Below are positions 57,479 to 64,000 of a stretch of DNA of 64,000 bases, in pieces (the stretch's first letter is position 1; every line of letters starts with the position of its first letter). The DNA comes from Gammaproteobacteria bacterium (GTDB taxonomy: Bacteria > Pseudomonadota > Gammaproteobacteria > Steroidobacterales > GCA-2729495). A program made the translations under genes and the position numbers. The stretch is from the NCBI GenBank assembly GCA_027293165.1, contig JAPUGB010000013.1:2604-66603 (forward strand), in the 5' to 3' direction. The notes under the pieces are model-generated. The model was not told the DNA's origin and made no database searches. It saw nothing but the letters and a program-made list of their open reading frames with translations.

Positions 57479-57532
57479 AACGGGCCCAAGAATACCCCGG
57501 TGCCGATTCCATTGTCGTGGAATTGCTTCGCG

Positions 57533-57563
57533 CCCCTTGAAATCTCGAAATACGCCGCTATTA
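57533..57563 (+). promoter_or_regulatory. Sigma-32 (RpoH)-type heat-shock promoter candidate for groESL
   Basis: CCCCTTGAAA (57533-57542) matches the sigma-32 -35 element CCCTTGAA. CCGCTATTA (57555-57563), 12 nt downstream, resembles the -10 element CCCCATNTA. Confidence 0.5.
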
Positions 57564-57590
57564 TTAGCACTCGAGTTAGGCGAGTGCTAA
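57564..57590 (+). promoter_or_regulatory. CIRCE operator (HrcA binding site)
   Basis: TTAGCACTC-GAGTTAGGC-GAGTGCTAA is a perfect match to the CIRCE 9-N9-9 inverted repeat consensus. It lies 62 nt upstream of the groES ATG. Confidence 0.85.
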
Positions 57591-57652
57591 TACAAACTTC
57601 GGGTAAGTGGTTGATTTTAAACCCTACCCCGTCAATCCAGGAGGTTCATACA

Positions 57653-57943
57653 ATGAAAATTCGCCCACTTCACGATCGCGTCATTGTCCGGCGCATGGAG
57701 GAAGAGCGTACTTCTCCGGGCGGCATCGTAATTCCCGACACGGCCACGGAAAAGCCCATCAAGGGCGAAATCATCGCCGTGGGTAAGGGCAAGGTGCTGG
57801 AAAATGGAGAAATCCGCGCGCTAGACCTTAAAGCCGGAGACCAGGTTCTGTTCGGCAAGTACAGCGGAACTGAAGTCAAGGTAGACGATGAAGAATTGCT
57901 GGTCATGAAAGAAGACGACGTCATGGCGGTAATCGAAAGCTGA
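57653..57943 (+). CDS. groES: Co-chaperonin GroES
   Basis: [29 protein letters not shown]. 96 aa. GGAGG Shine-Dalgarno 7 nt upstream. Confidence 0.95.
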   Translation: MKIRPLHDRVIVRRMEEERTSPGGIVIPDTATEKPIKGEIIAVGKGKVLENGEIRALDLKAGDQVLFGKYSGTEVKVDDEELLVMKEDDVMAVIES

Positions 57944-57997
57944 TCACTGAGTATTTCAATATCAATCCAGACATGTTCTGGAATTTTTTATTTTTAG

Positions 57998-59638
<1,641 letters not shown>

Positions 59639-59660
59639 GCCATCCGATAATCCCTTACGA

Positions 59661-59688
59661 GCCCCGCCTTTTGGTGGGGCTTTTTTTT
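59661..59688 (+). terminator. Rho-independent terminator after groEL
   Basis: GCCCCGCC-TTTT-GGTGGGGC stem-loop followed by TTTTTTTT. Confidence 0.8.
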
Positions 59689-59834
59689 GCCCCAGCTTTG
59701 GCCAAATGCCCCTCGCTTGCTCAGGAGCGGCTTTTTGGGAGCGGTGTTGCCCTTACAGTCATGGGAACATCGTTCGACCGGTCGATTGATATAATGCTGG
59801 CCCCAATCGTTTCCCTAACAAAAGGAGTCCAGAG

Positions 59835-60056
59835 GTGCGAAAACGGTCCGGCGACCGCACAGAGCAGCTGATTCAGCCAAACGCCGAGAATCAATACAAG
59901 GTCCGGGGCGAGGACGTGCCTCTTTCCTGTCCAATGCCAGGCATGTATCTGTGGAACTCGCACCCTAAGGTTTACTTGCCGATCGAGAATAGCGGCCATG
60001 CCAAATGTCCCTACTGCGGCGCCAGTTACACCCTGATTGATGGCCTTTCCGGATGA
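59835..60056 (+). CDS. Small zinc-finger (zf-CHCC, NDUFS6 C-terminal-like) protein
   Basis: 73 aa. PLSCP...HPKVYLPI...AKCPYCGASY resembles the zf-CHCC pattern. GTG start. ATGA overlap with hldD (60053-60056). Confidence 0.55.
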   Translation: MRKRSGDRTEQLIQPNAENQYKVRGEDVPLSCPMPGMYLWNSHPKVYLPIENSGHAKCPYCGASYTLIDGLSG

Positions 60057-61018
60057 TCATTGTCACTGGCGGCGCTGGGTTTATTGGCAGCAACCTCGTC
60101 AAGGGGCTAAACCGGATTGGCGAGAAGGACATCATTGTTGTCGATGATCTTAGCGACGGACACAAAGTCATAAATCTGGCGGATTGTGAAATAGCGGATT
60201 ACGTTGATCTCGAAGATTTTCTGACTGTCATTCAGTCGGAGCAAGATGCTTACGGTTCGATCGATGCCGTTTTTCACCAGGGGGCCTGCACCGACACGAC
60301 TGAATGGGATGGCCGCCACATGATGCGGCTTAATTTCGAATATTCGAAAATTCTATCGCAATATTGCGTCGTTCATCAGATACCTTTCATATATGCGTCG
60401 TCCGCGTCGGTCTATGGTAGCGGACGGGAGTTTCGCGTAAGCCCTGAGTGTGAGCATCCGATCAACCTCTACGCTTACTCCAAGCTTTTGTTTGATCAAT
60501 ATGTACGCCGACAGCTGGTCACGGCTAGTTCACAGATCGTCGGGCTGCGATATTTCAACGTGTATGGTCCGCACGAGCAGCACAAGCGCGGTATGTCCAG
60601 CGTTATATACCATTTCAACCAGCAGCTACTCAGCGGTGACGACGTCAGGCTTTTCGAGGGCAGCGATGGTTATGCGGACGGCGAGCAAGTGCGCGATTTC
60701 ATTTATGTTGACGATGTAGTGGATGTGAACCTGTGGTTTCTAAAAAACGGGGCGCATTCGGGGATTTACAACCTGGGTACAGGGGAAAGCACGACGTTCA
60801 ATGCAGTAGCCGACGCGGTAGTAGCCTGGCACGGGCGCGGTGGGATTAAATATATCCCCTTTCCCGAAGGCCTCGTTGGCAGTTACCAGAGTTATACATG
60901 CGCAGACATCAACGGGCTCAGAAAGTTGGGCTATAGCAACCAGTTTGTAAATATTGAAGAAGGCGTTCGACGGTATCTCGATGCGCATGCGAGCGGGTCG
61001 CGACACGCCATCGTGTAG
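60053..61018 (+). CDS. hldD: ADP-L-glycero-D-manno-heptose 6-epimerase
   Basis: MIIVTGGAGFIGSNLVKGLN and full-length similarity to E. coli HldD (YASSASVYG, FRYFNVYGP, LFEGSD). Confidence 0.95.
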   Translation: MIIVTGGAGFIGSNLVKGLNRIGEKDIIVVDDLSDGHKVINLADCEIADYVDLEDFLTVIQSEQDAYGSIDAVFHQGACTDTTEWDGRHMMRLNFEYSKILSQYCVVHQIPFIYASSASVYGSGREFRVSPECEHPINLYAYSKLLFDQYVRRQLVTASSQIVGLRYFNVYGPHEQHKRGMSSVIYHFNQQLLSGDDVRLFEGSDGYADGEQVRDFIYVDDVVDVNLWFLKNGAHSGIYNLGTGESTTFNAVADAVVAWHGRGGIKYIPFPEGLVGSYQSYTCADINGLRKLGYSNQFVNIEEGVRRYLDAHASGSRHAIV

Positions 61019-61091
61019 GCGATTCGTTTAGACGGGCCGGGGCAATGTTGGAGAAACTGGGTTCCGGGAAACACGGCTGCGGCTGGAATCA

Positions 61092-62126
61092 ATGCTGAAT
61101 GCGCAGAAACTGCTGGTGGTCGGACCGTCCTGGATTGGCGATATGGTCATGGCCCAGTCGCTCTTCAAACTGCTCAGGCAACGCGAGCCGGAAATCGGAA
61201 TCGACGTGCTTGCCCCGGCTTGGTCAGAACCGTTACTTGACCGCATGCCGGAGGTGCGCAGGTCCATTACGATGCCCATTGGCCATGGCGAACTGGCGCT
61301 GGCCAAGCGCTTCGCGCTCGGTCGCCGATTGCGCGATGAACAGTACCAGCGAGCGATTGTTTTGCCGCGCTCGTTGAAGTCCGCGCTGGTACCGTTTCTC
61401 GCCAGCATACCGGTCAGAACCGGATTCAAAGGCGAATGGCGCTACGGTCTGCTTACCGATATCCGGCGCCTGGATAAAGTGTCCCTCGATCAAACCGTTA
61501 AACGGTTTCTTGCTCTCGGGGTAGAGCCCGGTGAGTCGCTGCCCCCGCCACCATTACCCGCTCTGCGCGTCGACGAGACAAACCGTGCCGGATTGTTGCA
61601 GCGCCTTAAGTTGACAGCGGATCCTGCTCCGGTGGCCCTTATGCCCGGCGCGTCTTTCGGGCCGTCCAAGTGCTGGCCGCTGGAGCATTACGCCGAACTG
61701 GCACGCCACGTGCGAGCTCAGGGGCGGCCGGTTTGGGTCCTCGGCGGAGAGCAGGACCAGGCTGCCGGCGAATTGATACAGGGAGAGAATGCATCCGGGA
61801 TCCACAATCTGTGTGGACTTACTCGCCTCGAAGATACAGTGGATCTACTGTCTTTGGCTGCGGTGACCGTGACCAACGATTCCGGTCTGATGCATGTTGC
61901 TGCGGCCACTGCGAATCACGTTGTGGCAATCTTTGGATCCACGAGCCCGGAATTCACCCCGCCCCTGACGGAGCACAAGACGATCCAATACCTCGGACTG
62001 GATTGCAGTCCCTGCTTCGAGCGCGTATGCCCGCTCGGGCACTTTCGGTGCATGAAGGACATCAGCCCGGCTGCGGTTACGGCCGCAGTCGATGCGGCAC
62101 TCACGACGCCTGACGGAGAATATTAA
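61092..62126 (+). CDS. waaF: LPS heptosyltransferase II
   Basis: LLVVGPSWIGDMVMAQSLFKLL, PRSLKSALVPFLASIPVRTGFKGEWRYGLL and TNDSGLMHVAAA blocks align with RfaF. Confidence 0.9.
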   Translation: MLNAQKLLVVGPSWIGDMVMAQSLFKLLRQREPEIGIDVLAPAWSEPLLDRMPEVRRSITMPIGHGELALAKRFALGRRLRDEQYQRAIVLPRSLKSALVPFLASIPVRTGFKGEWRYGLLTDIRRLDKVSLDQTVKRFLALGVEPGESLPPPPLPALRVDETNRAGLLQRLKLTADPAPVALMPGASFGPSKCWPLEHYAELARHVRAQGRPVWVLGGEQDQAAGELIQGENASGIHNLCGLTRLEDTVDLLSLAAVTVTNDSGLMHVAAATANHVVAIFGSTSPEFTPPLTEHKTIQYLGLDCSPCFERVCPLGHFRCMKDISPAAVTAAVDAALTTPDGEY

Positions 62127-63012
62127 ACGGCGCCAATTCCGGGTGTCGGCAATTTCGCAGCGGGACTAGGCAGGTCAAGGTGAGCGCGTGGCTTCCCGAC
62201 AGGCACGCATGACTGACGGCGTCGGTCAATACCATCCACGCTGAAAACGGAGGGAAGCTAAATTCTTCGCGCTCGACCGTGTCATCCCGGAATGCGGGGG
62301 TATCTTTCATGAAGTTGTGAAACCTGCGCATCGCGCGGTCGTAGGGACTGCTGTCGATGACTGTCGCCTGCGGCAGGCCAATGCGACTCAGTCCCTGCAG
62401 AATTGAAGTGCGCAATCGGCCCATCGCGCTTTTATCCAAGTGGCCGGGACCGTGTCCCTTACCTTTCAGACCAGCTTGCTCTCCATATTTTTCGAAGAGC
62501 CGCCAGAAACTGCCTTTGCTTACCCAGACCCGGTTCTCGGTGGGATTGACGTTTACGAAGAATCGGAGAATGCGGTCCCCGTTGGTTGCCCCATAAGCAC
62601 CGGCATCGACGTGGATCAATTCGTTGCTCGCGTGAGGCTTCAGGTTACGCCCTTTCTCCTCGAGCGGCCGAAAGCTGCTCGTGCCAATTCTGGCTTCGTG
62701 GAACAAATCCGGTATTGCTTGATTGAGGAAGTCACTTACCACACTACTGTGCTTGCTCAACACCCGACGTGAAAGGCTCTGGAGCGGCGCACCTTTGCGT
62801 AACCCACGGACTTGATCGCTCTCCGGATAGTAGCTGGCATTTTTTCGCTCTACCTGCGCCGGCAGATGTTCCCGGAGTGTATCCAGATCAGCCGAATCGG
62901 GCAGTTCAACGGGACATTCGGGGAAATACACAATTTTGGCGTTCTCCAGCGCATCCGATATTTCGTGTGCACCGGCTGCGCGAAGTCGTGATTGACTGAA
63001 AGTTTCCAGCAT
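62101..63012 (-). CDS. Kdo hydroxylase (KdoO)-like Fe(II)/2-oxoglutarate dioxygenase family protein
   Basis: 303 aa. IVYFPECPVELP N-terminal block, HVD metal motif (ELIHVDAGAY) and a distal His (AVSHACLSGSHAL). It sits between waaF and a GT9 gene in the LPS core cluster. Assignment is from memory of the family pattern. Confidence 0.55.
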   Translation of the reverse strand: MLETFSQSRLRAAGAHEISDALENAKIVYFPECPVELPDSADLDTLREHLPAQVERKNASYYPESDQVRGLRKGAPLQSLSRRVLSKHSSVVSDFLNQAIPDLFHEARIGTSSFRPLEEKGRNLKPHASNELIHVDAGAYGATNGDRILRFFVNVNPTENRVWVSKGSFWRLFEKYGEQAGLKGKGHGPGHLDKSAMGRLRTSILQGLSRIGLPQATVIDSSPYDRAMRRFHNFMKDTPAFRDDTVEREEFSFPPFSAWMVLTDAVSHACLSGSHALTLTCLVPLRNCRHPELAPFNILRQAS

Positions 63013-63090
63013 GGTTCGGTCAGGGTTGCCCGGTGGGGTCTGAGCCTTCTTCCTCGTATTGGCTGAGAACGCTGTCTGGCCTACAGCCTC

Positions 63091-64000
63091 TTAACGATTG
63101 TTGCTGGAAATCCTATCCGATCGGAGGACTATGTCAATCTGCGCCGTGACGTTCCCTACGCGTATCAGATCCATGGCATCCGGGTCGCGTACGCGCTGTC
63201 CCCAGCGCAGCGAATTCACGGGTTTGCCAAATTCCTTGTTTACTGCCTCCGGGTAACGATTGACGACCAGATCCAGCGAGTTATAGGGACCGGTGCGCCC
63301 CGGGTTGGAGGTTGCATAGAGGCCGATGACGGGCGTGCCCACCGTCGTTGCCATGTGTGCGGGACCGGAATCGGGACAAATCAGCAAATCGGCTCGGTCA
63401 AGAATGGCCAGTAGCTGTTTCAGAGTGGTTTTACCGATCAGATTTTTTACCGGCACGCTGGCCTCGGCCGTTATAGCGGCGCCATATTCCTGTTCAATCT
63501 GTGTCGCAGCTCCGGTAAGAATAATCTCGGCACCATAGGTCTCATGCGCATATTGGGCGACGGCGGCAAAATTTTCGGCGCGCCAGTTACGGTAATTTCG
63601 AAACCTTTGGCTAGTACAGGGGCTGATTGCTACGACTAGCGTTGATTCCCCTACCGCATCACTGGCAAATTGGCGGTCGGGCTCTGAAATTGGGATATCC
63701 CATCGAAGCACGCGTTCCTTGAGGCCGAGAAATTCCACGAAACCGAATAGCCCGTCCATTACGTGTTGTTCCGGGCGCCAGGGTATGCGCTGATTCGTAA
63801 ACAACCATTGGAAGTCTCTCGCCCGCCGCCGGTCGAAACCGATCCGAATGTTTGCCGGAATCATGCGGCTGACGAAATTGGCGCGCATGGAGGCATGCAT
63901 GTGGAGTAATAACGGGAATCCCTTCCCCCGCAGTCGTGCCCTGATTTCCCGCAAACCGTGAATTCCGCGACGTTTGTCGAAGGTGATAAAATCAACGCCG
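63091..64000 (-). CDS. Glycosyltransferase family 9 (LPS heptosyltransferase, WaaC-like), 5' end beyond the window
   Basis: The ORF continues open to the right edge. GT9 C-terminal blocks are present (LLICPDSGPAHMATTVGTPVIGLY). Confidence 0.75.
   Translation of the reverse strand, partial: GVDFITFDKRRGIHGLREIRARLRGKGFPLLLHMHASMRANFVSRMIPANIRIGFDRRRARDFQWLFTNQRIPWRPEQHVMDGLFGFVEFLGLKERVLRWDIPISEPDRQFASDAVGESTLVVAISPCTSQRFRNYRNWRAENFAAVAQYAHETYGAEIILTGAATQIEQEYGAAITAEASVPVKNLIGKTTLKQLLAILDRADLLICPDSGPAHMATTVGTPVIGLYATSNPGRTGPYNSLDLVVNRYPEAVNKEFGKPVNSLRWGQRVRDPDAMDLIRVGNVTAQIDIVLRSDRISSNNR

Noticed and set aside
57500-57652. 51-codon N-terminal extension of GroES
   Set aside because: The extension would run through the CIRCE operator and the promoter. 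The canonical [10 protein letters not shown] start at 57653 has a GGAGG Shine-Dalgarno sequence.

Overview
The window reads as core chromosome of a gammaproteobacterium. I infer this from gene order: rhlB-trxA-rho; purD-purH-fis-dusB-DUF3426-prmA-accC-accB-aroQ; cutA-dsbD; groES-groEL; hldD-waaF-GT9. I can support about 57 protein-coding genes, one disrupted gene (prmA), three hairpin terminators, a sigma-32-like promoter followed by a perfect CIRCE operator at groESL, and an ARG-box-like operator array at argR. I saw no rRNA, tRNA, CRISPR array, transposase, integrase or phage gene, so most of the window is ordinary housekeeping DNA. I found no clear-cut novel multi-gene system.

The items most worth a second look are:
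- an unassigned P-loop gene translationally coupled inside an argR-argG-X-argC-argD operon;
- a divergent FlhC-like/FlhD-like regulator pair with no flagellar or conjugative context;
- two ORF-free segments at 39.1-39.5 kb and 40.3-40.8 kb, the first GC-rich and hairpin-dense, the second ending in a strong terminator, both possible ncRNAs;
- a Dak2-DegV (FakA-FakB-like) single-chain fusion;
- a tandem pair of membrane-anchored paralogs after gshA;
- Rho with either a 60-aa charged N-terminal extension or a non-canonical start codon;
- a DsbD with two N-terminal alpha domains;
- mevalonate-pathway genes placed divergently from ispA.

All family assignments come from motif and sequence recognition by eye and need HMM or BLAST confirmation.
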